Notes: a model not told the origin generated them from the letters alone. A DNA stretch of 64,000 bases from Octopus sinensis (GCF_006345805.1 NC_042998.1:121458001-121522000), one strand, 5' to 3'. Shown: positions 24,590 through 38,514, numbered from the stretch's first letter. Numbers and translations are program-made.

Positions 24590-24639
<50 letters not shown>

Positions 24640-24712
24640 CATTGTTTTTTCTCTCTCTAGTTTCAGCTCAGAGCTGTGGCCATGCTGTTTTGCTACACTG
24701 TTATTACTAAGA

Positions 24713-26603
24713 CCCTCCTCTAATATGAGGCACTTAGTGAAGCATGGAGTTTGATGTAGCTACCCTCATTTGCACCTCTTGCCGTGAGGTAGGTTCATCT
24801 GGGACTCTCGACAGGAAGAAGTCCAATTTTGATTTAAAAACCCCAACATCTACTTTGTGCAAGTTTCTTAGACTCTTTGGGAGAATATTAAAAAGCTGTG
24901 GGCCCTTGAAACCCAGGCTGTTGCAGTAACTGGTCCTGAAGCGTGATGGCATTGCTAGGATCTTTGGCACTATGTAGTGTCGTCCTGTCCTGGCATTGGT
25001 GTGGCTTTCAATGCCAAAATTTGGCACAATTCCTTCCAGAATCTTTCAGATATATATTACTGCATACCTCTCCCGTCTTCTCTCCAGGGAGTAGTCTTAA
25101 CTGTTCCAACCTTTCCCAGTAGCTGAGCTGTTTCAAAGAGACGGTCTTCTTTGTGAATCTTCTCTGAATTGCTTCAAGGTCTGCTGTTAATTTCACACTG
25201 GTGGGTGACCATAGCTGTGAGCAGTAATCCAGGCAGCTGAGCACGAATGTCCATCAGAGGACCATCATGGTTTCCTTATCTCTGGTTCTGAATGTTCTTA
25301 GGATCCATCCAGCCAGTCATCTGCACTTTGTCGCCATCCTGGTAATGTGCACTTGGAAAGAGGTATCATCACTCATGTTAATACCCAGGTCCCTCACTGA
25401 CTTGGGCTCTTGGATTGAAATTCCCTGTGGACCGGTGTACCCTGTAGGTTTCATATTCAGTTTTGGATGCTGGTAGCACAGGGCTTGGTATTTTTCAGCA
25501 TTAAACTGCATATTATTATCCTCAGCTCATCTGTAAATTGAGTCCAACTCATGCTGCAGGTGTGCAACAGCGCTGGGGTTCTGTATTTTCTGTGAGACTT
25601 TCATATCTGCATAACTTGCAAGGGTGGCTATCCGGGCATTTGAGGGCATATCTGAGAGGGCCACTATAAAAAGTAGTGGTCCCAAGACAGTGCCCTGTGG
25701 AATACCGCTCACTATTTGTGTGTTCATAGAGGTGGCTCCATTAGCCACTACTGCCTGACTCCTATCTTTCAGGAAGTCATGTAACCACTCTCCAAGTTTT
25801 CCAGCTATGCCAAGATCACGCAGTTTGTGACATATCAAACCATGATCCACCTTGTCAAACGCTTTTGCAAAATCAAGGTATATTACATCCACATTTGATT
25901 TGTTGAGTAACTGCCTCAAAACCCAGTCATAATGTTGTAAGAGCTTGGTCAGACAGCTCCTACCTGGTCGAAAACCATGCTGTGTATCACTCAGCAAGTT
26001 ATTTTCTTCAAGGAATGTGATGAATTTCCCTCTGACTATCCGTTCCATGACCTTGCTGATGTGTGAAGTCAGAGAGATAGGCCTATAGTTTTTGGCATCT
26101 GCTCTACTTCCCCCTTTATGTATTGAGCATATTATTCCCTCCTTCAGTTTGCTTGGCAGTTTGCCATTTGTAAGAAAGCTCTGGAAGAGAATCTGGAGGG
26201 GTTTTGCCAGGGCATGCTTACATGAGTTAAGGAGGATTGCTGAGGAAACCATCAGGACCAGCAGTTGAGTTTGTGTCCACCTCATCTATGGCTAGTAGTA
26301 TATCTTCCTCGCTAATGTCAATGTATTCCATTGTAACTTCCTCGATGGTTATAGGTGATGCGGCAAAGAAGTCCACTGGTTCGTTCACTTGTCTGTGTTC
26401 CAACTGGGTGGTAAAGACACTTTTGAACTGGTCATTCAGTATCTCACTAATCTTAGTTGGGCTATCTGTGAAGGAGCCATCTTTTTGGAGGAGGGGTCCT
26501 ATCTTGTAGTGTACTGAGGCTGTTTCTTTCTCGTAATGAAAGAAGGCCTTTGGGTTTGACTTGTTTTTTATAACCCAGGCTTCTTTGTCTGCTTTCTCCC
26601 TCA
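24713..26603 (-). mobile_element. CR1-type LINE family B, 5'-truncated, frameshifted RT
   Basis: Successive frames GPDGF / NYRPISLTSHISKVMERIV / QHGFRPGRSC / YLDFAKAFDKVDHG / GIPQGTVLGPLLF / SYAD / LDYCSQLWSP / GPQLFNILP. Confidence 0.93.
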
Positions 26604-27048
26604 CATAGGATTGTTGCAGCCTTTTTTCAATCTCCAGGGAGAGAAAGAGATACAGGAAAGAATGAAGGATGTGAGAGAGAGGGAGAAACAGAGTGAGAAG
26701 TATATGAGGGAGAGGGTGAGGTGACAGGAGGTAGATGTTGTGAGATGCAAAGGAAAGGAAAGAGGAGGATATGAAAGGGAGGGAGAGAGATGAGAAAAGA
26801 GTAAGATATGCAAAAGAGAGGGAGAGAGTAGGCGTAAAGAGAGATAAAGGGAGGGAGGAATATGTAAGGGAGGAGAGAGAAAGAGGTAGACATGAAGACA
26901 GTGGGAGTAGGTAATGGAATGGTTAGGGAAACGAAAAATAATATATAATTCTAAATATTTTGAAAGAGATGAAGTGAATAAAAAAAAAAAGGGAACAATA
27001 GTGTAAAGGAAGGTGTTTCATGAATTCTAGTTTTCAAATAGATTGAAA

Positions 27049-27262
27049 TCTTGGGTTTCAGGGGACAACAGCTCTTCAATATCCTTCCCAAATGCTTGCG
27101 AGACCTGCATAGTGTTGATGTGGGTTTCTTTAAAACTAAACTGGATCTCTTGTTGTCAGGGGTTTCAGATGAACCTACCTCTCAACAGGAAACTCAGATG
27201 CAGGCAGCGGCGTCGAACTCCTTTGTTGACCAAGTGCCACGTATCAGAGGTGGTTTCACATA
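27049..27262 (+). mobile_element. 3' end fragment of CR1 family B
   Basis: GFRGQQLFNILPKCLRDLHSVDVGFFKTKLD is homologous to the 24734-25027 frame, in the opposite orientation. Confidence 0.85.
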
Positions 27263-27297
27263 CTAGTGTGGCTCATTCAACAGTGGTTGAATATAAT

Positions 27298-27777
27298 GAG
27301 TATAATCCACATTGTTTCCCCAAAATTTAAAAGTCAAAATCCCTAATGTGTACTATGTATGAGGTTAAAAATGAGAAATATTTTCTAAGCAATATCCAAG
27401 TCTCTATTTGCTGTCAAGCAATGTTTATTTCAACGCATTTTCTGATGTTGGGCGCGAAAATACCTTAAGTTAAGCCTGAAAGCAATGAAGTCATTAAAGA
27501 ATCAGCCATAACTTGCAGTAAGCAACATTTATTAAAATAAAAGTATTCAGAACACGGAATAACATGTGACAATAACAATTTGCAAACATATTTACATTCC
27601 CTTGTAACAGTTAAGAACATCATTATTGTATTACGCATGCACGGATGTATTTGTTTGACTCAAGTTCGAGAAAGGATGCGTATTATACACATGGTTTTGG
27701 TTTTTCGGAGGTACAGCCCCCTAACGATCCCCTGCATATTATACTCAAGGGTGGACTATACTAGAGGATTCACGGTG
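27298..27777. mobile_element. Tc1/mariner-pogo-like MITE (left TIR truncated)
   Basis: Left gagtataatccac versus right gtggactatactagaggattcacggtg(ta). TIR style typical of pogo/Tigger MITEs. Confidence 0.6.
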
Positions 27778-27804
27778 TATATATATATATATATATATAC
27801 GCGC

Positions 27805-27858
<54 letters not shown>

Positions 27859-27862
27859 AGAA

Positions 27863-29360
27863 TATGAAGGCAGGGAAAGCCCCTGGCCCATCAGGAACTA
27901 CTGCAGAGATGCTCAAAATATCTGGCAGTGTCGGCTATAGCCTAGTCACCTGTATAGTTAACCAGGTAATACACGGAGTCATACCCAATGACTGGTGTAG
28001 CAACACTATAGTCAACTGCTACATAGAGAAAGGTGATGCTTTAGATACAAATAATTACTGAGGTATCAAGTTGTTAGATCAGTTAATGAAGGTCATGGAG
28101 AGGGTCATAGCCCAATTAATTAGGGAGAGAGTCAGTTTAGATGAGATGCAGTTTGGGTTCGTGCCAGGGAAAAAGCACCACTGATGCTATATTTCTGGTA
28201 AGACAGCTGCAGGAGAAATACCTAGCCAAAGATAAACCCCTGTACCTGGCTTTTGTTGACATGGAGAAAGCCCTTGACAGGTCCCCCGATCCCTTATCTA
28301 GTGGTCAATGAGGGAACTAGGGATAGATAAATGGTTAATGAGAGCTGTGCAAGCTATTTACAGGGACACTGTCAGTAAGGTGAGGGTTGGCAATGAGTAC
28401 ACTGAAGAATTCCGGGTGGAGCTAGGGGTCCTCCAAGGTTCAGTCCTTAGCCCCCTATTTATCATAGTCCTCCAGGCAAAAACAGAAGAATTCAAGACAG
28501 GATGCCCCTGGGAGCTCCTCTATGCTGATGACCTTGCTCTAATTGCTGAGTCACTATCAGAACTAGAGAAGTTTCAAGTGTGGAAACAAGGATTAAAATC
28601 TAGCTAAAATCAAAGTCCTAATAAGTAGGAAGGCAGGCAAACCACAAATCCCTTCAGGTAGATGGCACTGCTCGATCTGTAGTGGAGGCGTAGGTAGAAA
28701 CTCTATAAGATGTACCCAGTGTAAGCTATGGACACACAAGAGGTGCAGTAATATCAAGGGAAGGCTAACTGGGAAGATAGTCTTTGTATGTGACAGATGC
28801 TCAGGAGCAATAAACACTGAAAATGTGCAGAGAACAACATCCGCCACATTCCAGGGAGATAAACTAGAAGTAGTTGATAGCTTCCATTACTTAGGTGACC
28901 TAGTCAGTTGTGGGGGAGGGTGCACTGAAAGTGTAGCTGCTAGAATTAGAATAGCCTGGGCAAAGTTCAGGAAGCTCTTACCTCTGCTGGTGACAAAGGG
29001 CCTCTCTCAGAGTAAAAGGTAGACTGTATGATGCATGTGTACGAACAGCCATGCTACATGGCAGTGAAACCTGGGCCGTAACTGCTAAGGACATGCGTAA
29101 GCTCACAAGGAATGAAGCCAGTATGATCCGATGGATGTGTAATGTCAGTGTGCATACTTGACAGAGAAAAGTTGGGCCTAAGAAGCATCAGATGTGGTGT
29201 GCACGAGAGACGACTGCACTGGTGTGGTCATGTGGCGAGAATGGATGAGGACATCTGTGTGAAAAAGTGTCACATCCTAGTGGTTGAGGGAACCTCTGGA
29301 AGAGGTAGCCCCAGGAAGACCTGGGATGAGGTAGTGAAGCACAATTTCGAACATTAGGCC
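27863..29360 (+). mobile_element. RTE-clade LINE RT pseudogene
   Basis: KAGKAPGPSG / MQFGFVPG / LAFVDMEKA / GVLQGSVLSP / WELLYADDLAL / LEVVDSF.YLGD / RRLHWCGHV, with stops and frameshifts. Confidence 0.92.
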
Positions 29361-29559
29361 TCACCTTTTTACACCTTGTAATTGCTAGATTTGTCCTATT
29401 GTATGGCACCCTGGACAAGTGTTTTCAACTGTTACCCCCCCCCCCTTGTGAATGTAGTTAGTAGATGGAAACTGAAAGGAGCCTGTGGGCAATTTTGTAG
29501 AGGTGTGCAAATTTTCTTAGGAACTTCATATTGGCAGACATCCTGGTCCTGAGATCAGC

Positions 29560-30700
29560 TTTCACCACTTCATCCAGAAACTTCAACTAGATTTGGCAAT
29601 TGGCACTTCTTTATACAGCTGTCTTCACCCACATGCATAACATGTCTGTACAAATGCAATTTTCTTTCTTGCACACTGCATTTGAGTCGTCTTATGCTCA
29701 GTTTTTCTCTCAGCACTCTTATACAGTATTGTTCATTTACACTTAGATTGCACATCCAATGGAGTATGATCACTTCATTTCTTTCCAGTCTTCTCAAGTC
29801 TTTTGTGTTCACATGCAGTATTGCAGTTCTAAAATAAGTATCATACAATCTGCCTTTCACTCTGAGGCTTCTGGAGTAGCAGCTCCCTGAACTTTATTCA
29901 ACCCATTCTCTCTCAAGCAAGTTACTATACTTTCCCAGCAGCTGCCTCCCTTGTTAATTACATCTAGGTAACAAAAGCTATCAACTGGGTCATCAACATA
30001 GATGAGTTCCCAAGGACATAGAGCCTTAAACTTCTCTGTGATGGCCTGTAGTACTGAGATTTGATGATCTACCTTTATGTTAAATTCATCACTAAAGTCA
30101 TAGTTGATCCTTGCTTTACTTACTATGTCTTCGTATGTTGCTTATTCAACTTTTAGAATCCATTTGTCCACACCTAGTTTCCTCAAAGGCACGAAATTAC
30201 TCAGTGTAGTACAGATCAGTAAAAGCCATGCATAGTGGTTTTATTGCATCAGTGGTCTTCTACTGGTGACAAAACCAGACTGCACCTCATCTAGGTTCAG
30301 TCTGTTATGAATTAATTTGTGCTATGGCTCTTTCCAAGAAGGTCATAACCTGATTCAGTCGTTTGCTCCATTTATAGTTACTACCTCCAAAGCATCTCCT
30401 TTGCCTTTGTAGCAGTTTATAATGATCCTCCTCTGCTAGTCATTGAGTGTAATACCTTCTTGTTTGACTTTATTAACTATCTCAGCAGATATGTTATGCA
30501 TCACTGCAGCTTATCCTTTCTTCATACCTTTTACTTTTGTATCTACCATACTACTTGTGTTGCTTGACCTTTTGTAGGGTGAACATGAAGTAGCCCCTCT
30601 TTATTCCATGTATTTTTCACTTTCAGCAGGTTTTTGTAACACTTCCATCTTGTCTTCCATCTCAGTGCTGCGTATGCCTTCATTCTCAATACTCATCTAC
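29560..30700 (-). mobile_element. Second, more decayed RTE-clade RT copy, tail-to-tail with 27863-29360
   Basis: Minus-strand peptides KGRLYDT..., QERKLHLYRHV, CPWELIYVDD and KGKGDAL. Confidence 0.8.
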
Positions 30701-31339
30701 CTAATGACATCTCTGTTCTTTCTCTCTTTCTCTTTCTCTCTCACACATTGTTTCACAATCCTATAGACTTCACACTTCTGATCCTCACAGTATGACATGG
30801 GTGATGAGGTGTAAAATAGAAATGGTTGGCAACACTAGTGTACAGTGACAAATGGAGACCAGAGGTACATATGAAGTGGGTATAATGAACGGGGCAATGG
30901 GTGGGGCTGGCAAGTGTGAGAGGATTTTGAGAATGATAGCTATTATGAGAGGTGTTAAAGATGAGATATGGCAAGCTCAAGATATTGCTTGGGAGACAGA
31001 AATAACTAAAAGTATACAGAAGAGGTGCTTGTTGTAAAGGAAGGGAAGGTAATGAGGATGTGGAATGATGTTTAAAAGGAAATGGTTCCAAGAGAAGGAG
31101 TTAATAGGTAACAAAAAAAAATGATGGTGGGAAATATCTGTTGATTATTCTCTGAAGCGATTGCAGCAGCAGAAGAGTGGTAAAGGGTGTTAGGAGGAGG
31201 AGATGTGGGGAATGCTTGACAAGGCAGATTTAGTGCTGGAATCAGGCCTAGCATTAACAAGTATAAACAAGATAGTTTCAGGACCTCATGTTTGCCATGA
31301 CAAATGGGTCTCCTCAAACCCAGTAAATTGTCTGTCATC

Positions 31340-31660
31340 TCTATCAGCAGTCACTACATTGTACTATGCATTTCTGGTTCCCTTTTCCACAGGTGCTATC
31401 CACTTTAAGTGACCAGCACATGTTTTTTATAGCTGATCTCATCCATATGCAACATGTGATGAAACCAGTGCAGTTGTCTCTCTTGCACACAACTGATTCC
31501 TCTCATGTCAAAGTTTTCTCTCAACAAATTTGCATGGCCAACAGAGCTTTTATCCTTTCTAATCTTCACATGCCCTCTGCATTGAAGGTCCACATTTCAC
31601 TGCCATGTAGCATTGTTGTTTGTATGCAAGCTTAATACACACCACCATCCACTCTGTTAA
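31340..31660 (-). mobile_element. RTE C-terminal fragment
   Basis: LLRENFDMRGISCVQERQLHWFHHM. Confidence 0.65.
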
Positions 31661-32505
31661 CACAGATAATAGCACTCTGTACTTTCTCCATTCTACTCTT
31701 ATTTTAGCAACTATCCTTTCAACTCAGTATGTGTTTGTGGATACATGTTCAGTACTGTGCAACACTTTATCTACTCCCAAACAATTCTTGGACTTTCAGA
31801 ATGTTTACATGGAATTACTGAGTTTAGGAAGTGGTCTTCCTTGATTGAAAGTTGATTTCCACCATGTGTGTGTGTTCTGTTACCTCCTTCAGCCAGGAAC
31901 AGTCACCATACCAGGGCATCACCATTAGCACAAATGCTTGTTGATTTTAGACTCACTTCCCAGCCTTGTCTCCTGAATTATTCCATATGATATAGTGAGT
32001 TGTCATCTACTATATCAAACTTCATAGGTCTATGAAGTCTTTAAGCAAGATGTATGTGTGTATGTATTCAGGTGTGGCTGTGTGGTAAGAAACTTGCTTC
32101 CAAACTATATCTCATTCAGTCCTGCTGTATGACACTTTAGGAAAGTGTCTTCTGTAGCACTGGCTTGACCAAAGCCTTGTGAGTGGATTATGTATATGTA
32201 TTTATATATGCATGTGTACATATTTATGTGTGTGTGTGTGTATGCTTCTTTATGTAACACATGATGGTTGAAAATGAACATCATTATACAAGCAGGGTTG
32301 TTCATTCCAGTCCTCCATGAAAAACATGTTTTGCTATGGGAAAATATTGTGTTGCTTGGAAACATGGGTTGGTGACAGGAAGGTCTTCAAGCTATAGAGA
32401 ATTTACCTCAACAAATTGTATCTGGCCCATGCAAACATGGGAAATATGTATGTGCATATCTATGTATTATATGTATGGATGTGTATGTGTCTGTAATTCT
32501 GGCCA

Positions 32506-33245
32506 TAGATGGGGTTGACACATACTCAACTGCTGGTCCTGGTGGATTTCCAGTAGTCCTTTTCAAATCATACAAGCTAGCCCTTGCAAAACCACTGCAG
32601 CTTCTCTTTCAGAGCTTCTTTGCAAGTGGTAAGCTCTCAGACAAACTGAAGTAAGCGATAATATGCCATATCCATAAATGAGGAAGCAGGGTAGTTGCTA
32701 AAAATTATACGCCTCACACATCAGCGAAGTCATGGAACGAATAGTCCGCAAGAAACTAATTGCGTTCCTGAGAACCCAGCATGAATTTTGACCAGGTAGA
32801 AGCTGTCTAACACAGCTCCTGCAACACTACAGCTGCTGAATGGCTCAAATGTGGATGTGATATATCTCAACTTTGCAAATGCCTTTGATAAAGTTGACCA
32901 TGGTATATGTCACAAACTATGTGATCTTGGCATAGGCGGAAAACTTGGAGAGTGGCTGCACGACTTTCTAAAAGATAGACGTAAGGCAGTGGTGGCCAAT
33001 GGAGCCACCTCCAAGGAAACACAAAAAGCAAGTGGTATTCCACAGGGCTCTCAGACATGCCCTCAGTTACTCAGATAGCCACCCTTCCTAGCTATGTGGA
33101 TGAAAGAAATTTCTCAGACAATACAAATTCCTGGAAATATTGCACGTCTGCAACAAGAGTTGGATGCAGTGTACAGGTGGGCTGAGGACAACAACATGCA
33201 GGAAAATTCCAGGTCCTATGCTACCAGCACACAAAGCTTAACAAC
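32506..33245 (+). mobile_element. CR1 family B RT fragment, inverted relative to 25480-26290
   Basis: MDVIYLNFANAFDKVDHG...GKLGEWLHDFLKDR...GIPQG. Roughly 75-80% identical by eye to the minus copy. Confidence 0.88.
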
Positions 33246-33484
33246 ATGCAGAGTTATCATAGAAGAAACCACATGGTGAAAAATTGTACCGTAGAAAAGT
33301 GATTTGTCTTTGAAACAAAACTGCTTTGTACAAGAACGATTGGAATTTTTACCTCTTGGGAATAAGTATCATGTTCATTTTGTTTATTTTGTTTCCTCTT
33401 TTTACTCTTTAGTGTTGTCAGATCAAAATTTGAGTTTAGAAGGTATTGTTTGTTTCTAATCCTCTTTTTAAAAAATTTTAATTT

Positions 33485-34899
33485 TAATAATAATAATAAT
33501 AATAATTGTGTACAGTGCTCAGGTGCACTACAACTCATCTAAAGTGTATATATAATCAGGTGTAGTTTCGGCGGATTTCGGAAAGCATGAGGGCCTTAAA
33601 AGATGCAGTGTCATGGCAGTCAACAACTGACGCAGGCAGTTTATTCCATGCTTCAGCAACTCTGAGCGTGAAAAAATGTTTCCAAAAGTCATGGGAGCTG
33701 TATTGTTTTCTGACTTTGTAGGCATGTCCACGTGTGTTAGACACATGGAGATCAAAAAGGTGTTCAGTGTTGTTGTTGGTGAGGTGGTTGATAACTTTCT
33801 GGGTGTTTACCAAGTCCGTCGCCAAACGCCGAAGCTTCAGTGAATCCATGCCCAGGGAAACAAGGCGCTCAGAATATGGTAGGTGTCTGATGGAGGGTAT
33901 GCGTTTGGTTGCACGTCTCTGGACAGATTCCAGGAGGTCAATGTTCTGTGCAAGATAGGGGTTCCAAACTGATGATGCGAATTCCAAGTGTGGTCGTACC
34001 ATAGCTGTATACAGTTTTAAATAGATGGCTGGAGAGCGGCTAACAAAAGACCTGCTGAGTGATGCCAAGACACCCTCGGCCTTCCTGACAATCTTAGAGA
34101 TATGCTTTGACCAACGCAAATCACTGCTGACAGTGATGCCTAGGTCACGCTCGCAAGAGGATTTCTTGATATCAGTGTTGTGGAGGGAGTATGTGAACGC
34201 AGGGTTTTTTCTCCCAAAATGCATGGTGGTACACTTGTCCACAGCCAGTTTCAGTTGCCAGTCTGTGATCCATTGCTGCATTGTGTCTAGGTCTGATTGC
34301 AGGAAAGAGTTGTAGACATCAGGATCTGTCCTCTTGATTTCAAGGTACAGCTTGATGTCGTCTGCATATTTCAATACTGTGGCATTCTTTAAATTGGCAT
34401 CTATGTCGTTAATGTATGCCACAAACAAGAGGGGACCAAGGACAGATCCCTGTGGTACACCCGATGACATCTCATATGGTGTAGAGTGCTGTCCTAGAAC
34501 TGTGACTACCTCCTTTCGGCTGAGGATGAAGGATTTCAACCAGTTAAAAAGGTCATCCCCCACACCCATTGCAGAGAGTTTCACCATAAGCCTTTTGTGT
34601 GGCACAGAGTTGAAAGCCTTAGCAAAGTCAAGGTAGACAACATCCACCCATGAGCCACTGTCAGTAATCTGAGTAATGTCCTCAAGGAACTCGACAAGCT
34701 GGTCACTGCAGCTGGAGTTAGGGACAAATCCATATTGTGAGGGTCGGATGAGACTGTGAGAGCTCCAGAAGTTCCAGAGTGTTTCTCTGACACACGATTC
34801 CATCAGTTTTGCAATACAGCTAGTGAGACTGACTGGGCGATAGTTGACAGGTGATGTGCGGTCGCCCTTTTTGAACAGAGTAATGACACTGGCACTGGC
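33485..34899 (-). mobile_element. CR1-type LINE family A, 5'-truncated, with uninterrupted 451-aa RT frame (33556-34911)
   Basis: NYRPVSLTS, QYGF, YLDFAKAF, SGVPQGSVLGPLLF, YADD and a (TTA)n tail. No stops or frameshifts. No endonuclease domain present. Confidence 0.97.
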
Positions 34900-36577
34900 A
34901 AGCAAACTCATGGAACATTATTCTTTCACGCTATCATTTTTCATGTAACTTCTCACTCACTCACAGCAGCCCTTTTTGTTTCATACCATTTTTCTCTTTC
35001 CCTCATAGCTTCATTACTTGCTCTTCCCTTGTCTCCTTCATCTTTCTCCTTTTCCATTTTCTCTCTCCCGCTTTCTTTCTTCGCACTATCGTATTTCATG
35101 TAACTTCTCACTCACAGCGGTCTTTCTGTTTCCATAACCTCTGTTTATCTCTTTCCTTCATATCTTCTTTACCTGCTCTTCCCCTCTCTCTTTCATATCT
35201 TCCTATTTTTCTCTCCTCTCTCCCTCTGTTCTCCCTGCCTTTCATCTCACTCCCTCATATATTCTTCATTCTCTTCCCCTTCCTCTCCCTCCCTGTCCCC
35301 TTCCCTTTCCTTCATATCATCCTCTCTTTCCCTTTCCCAATTGCAAGTGTAGCTGTGTGATAAGTAGCTTGCTTAGCAACCACATTGTTCTATGTTCACT
35401 CCCACTGCATGGCACCTTGGGCCAAACCTTGAGCAGTTTTGGTAGACTGTAACTCAGAACAGCTTGTCATATGCTTGTGTGTATATGCATGTATAAAATG
35501 TGTGTGCATAGATATGTTTGTTTGTCTTGATATGTATGTTTGTCTTGACAAACACAATGAGCTTCACTATAACAAAAGGTTTTTTTGTTTTTTTTGTCCT
35601 CCCTGTCTTCTTTGATGTTGTGTCTGGCCATGGGCAATATCTTACTTAGAAATAGGTGGTGGTTTGTTACTGGAAATGCATCTGAGCCCGAAAATCTGCC
35701 CTAATAAATTTATTTTATTCCATGTTAGACGGTTATGATTTTATATTTATACATACACATATGGAAATCGTGGGTTTCATGATTGGATGTAGCTTGCAAC
35801 CTGATAGTCACATCAGTGTAGTGTGGGAGAACGGATGTCGGTGAAAAGCAGAAAGGAATAATGCAATGGAGAGGGAACACTATGAGTAGTATCAAGAGTT
35901 AACAAGAAAGAAATAAGATAGCTTGGTGAAGATGGTGTTATGAGATCAGGTGCTTATGCTATATAGATGTATTGGGGTGGGTGGAGGTTGCATGAAAGAA
36001 AAATAGAGATGAATTTGATAGGCTGTGGAGTATATGTGTTGACATATCATGGAATTGGATCATGGTCAATGAGTGATTTTAGTATTAAACTACTTGAAAT
36101 TATTCTGTTTAACCTTTTATGACCTTATGGCTGTGGGGTAAAAAGTTTGTTTCTCAACCACATGGTTCAATCTCACTGTGTGGCACCTTGGACAAGTGTT
36201 TCTGCTATAGTGTTGAGCCAGCCAAACTCTTGTGTGTGGATTTTGTAGGTGGAAAGTGTAAGAAACCCATTGTATGTGTGTGTCTTTGTTGTCTGTATTT
36301 TTTCTCCACTACTGCTTGACAACTAGTGTTGTTCGTTCACATTCCCATGACTTTTTTGTATCTTGTAACCTGAGGTAAGTTAGTGTCAAAAAAGTGGAGA
36401 GACATAAAAGAACTGGTGACAATAAAAAAAATTAAACTGTCAGCTAAGTTTACTTAGACAATATCTCTTTTTATATCAGTTATTTTATTTGGTCTATAGT
36501 TTTTACAAAATATATTGTACTTTTGTTTGCTTGATTTTTTTTATTAGTAATCATTTGCATAATCTCTCTCAATCCAG

Positions 36578-36751
36578 GTGACAAGCTGGGTAGGGTTGTA
36601 CATATTATTCAGTCCAGAGAACCGTCCTTGAGAGATTCAAATCCTGATGAGATAGAAATAGATTTTGAAACATTAAAGCCCTCAACACTTCGTGAGCTAG
36701 AATCTTACGTGATGTCCTGTTTAAAGAAGAAACCACGGAAACCTTATATAC
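36578..36751 (+). CDS. BRD4: BET exon: ET domain ([57 protein letters not shown])
   Basis: atccag / gtaagt. 174 nt, phase 1-1. Near identity to the known ET consensus. Confidence 0.97.
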
Positions 36752-38149
36752 GTAAGTATTAAAGTTTTTATGCATTTTGTAACCATTTTGTGTGGAACAG
36801 TGCATTAAAGATAATGAGACAGTATGAAACTTGTTAGTAAAATAAATAGAATAGCCTGTTGTTGGGGGTTGTTGCAGTTTAGTTACTTGGTAAGGCAATA
36901 ACTGGGATGAAGATGGGTAAAGTATCAGGTTGTATTAGTATTATAATAGTTCTGTTAATCTGACTACAGAAGAAATTATTCTCATCAATTATTACCAGGG
37001 TTCTGGTGAGGAACAAATTCAGACCTTTTAAGTCTTGAATGTATTGAGTATATTCTGAATATACTTAACTGTTAGGTCAAAGTTAATAGTGAAAATTGGG
37101 GTACAACTGTACATTCACTAGGGCTGTATTTTCATTGTCTTTGACTTATCACTAGTTATTATTGTATAATCTATTGAAGAACAGAAAATGTTCTTGGCAT
37201 TGTGGGTTAATTAATGGAAAATGCTTACAAGTTTTCTTGGCGTAAACCAAACTTGTTTGATAACCAAGAGCAAAACATCCCAGTAACAATTTTGAAGTGT
37301 TCTTGCCTGGCTTGCTGGAATTTAATTGGTGAGAACTTGATGCTGTGGGTTCAATGGTTGATGTAAAGAAGATATACATTTTTCAGATTCAAGAGCAAGC
37401 AAATTTTTTAGCTTCTGGATATTAACCGTAAAGTCACTTGAAATGAAATCTTTTCACTTCTCAGATGGTTTACAGAAAGTTATATCTAAGTAGGAAGTAG
37501 CTGCAGCAAAAGTATATGAATTTGATTGTTGTATTTTTTATATTAAAAAGTATGAGAGTTAAACATCTGATACTAAACACAATGACAAGGGTTTTGATAG
37601 TGGGTAATCTGTTGTAGTGTTATGAGAATTATTTGTTAAATATGTAATGCTATGTATAAGATAAAGTTATTCTTTTAAACAAAACAGGAAAAGAAAAAGC
37701 AATTAGGTATTATGATCATATGCTGATTTTGCCAGCTCTTCTTCATTCAGCAGGTGAAAGAGGAAGGTACCTGGGCAGAGGAAGATACGGGAAAGAAGTA
37801 TTGAGGTCAGATTTGCAGATGTTGGGTTCCACACTTTTAACTGTCTGAACATTCTAGCATGGAAGGATTAGTTGTGGTGGTGTGTGCCATGTATATAGGG
37901 TTATAAAATGTATTTGTACTCATTGTTCAGTGATGACATCTAAAATAAATCTTCATTTTACAACTAATGTTGAATTGTAAAACATTTAAAATTCTTTGTG
38001 AATTTGGTAAAACGTATAGATGTTAACCAAGAAGATAGTATGAACTGTGAATATTTGAAGCTGCTGGAATGTGTGCTAAAGACTATTTGAAGTATGGTCT
38101 TGTAAATGATGTTGAAAAATATCAAAAATTGCATTTTTATCATTTATAG

Positions 38150-38269
38150 CAAAGAAACTTCCTGGTAAAACTAGAGAAGAAGCTCAAAGAGAGAAGAAGC
38201 AAGAATTGGAAGCAAGACTCAAAGATGTAACAGGACATCTAATAAGTTCAAAAAAACCAATAAAGAAAG
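38150..38269 (+). CDS. BRD4: BET exon: post-ET helix (KKLPGKTREEAQREKKQELEARLKDVTGHL)
   Basis: tttatag / gtaatg. 120 nt, phase 1-1. KKQELE.RL.DV.G.L motif. Confidence 0.95.
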
Positions 38270-38514
38270 GTAATGAATTCTATTCATAAGTGTACTGAAA
38301 TATTATAATCCATATGACATTGTAATGCTTTATATAATTAATTCTTTTTTTATAAGCAAAAATGTTTAGATGCAATTTACACAAACATTGTGTATAACAT
38401 CTGTAAAATTTTGTTTTGTTTTTGTTACTCTTAAATCTTGTACATTGTTAATTATTTAACCTATGATTCATAATTGTGCTTCAATGGAAAACTTTTCTTT
38501 GTTTTTCTTTGCAG

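Noticed and set aside
37751-37797. Possible extra exon after cttcattcag in the phase-1 intron
   Set aside because: The available donors give 13, 16, 44 or 47 nt; none is a multiple of three.
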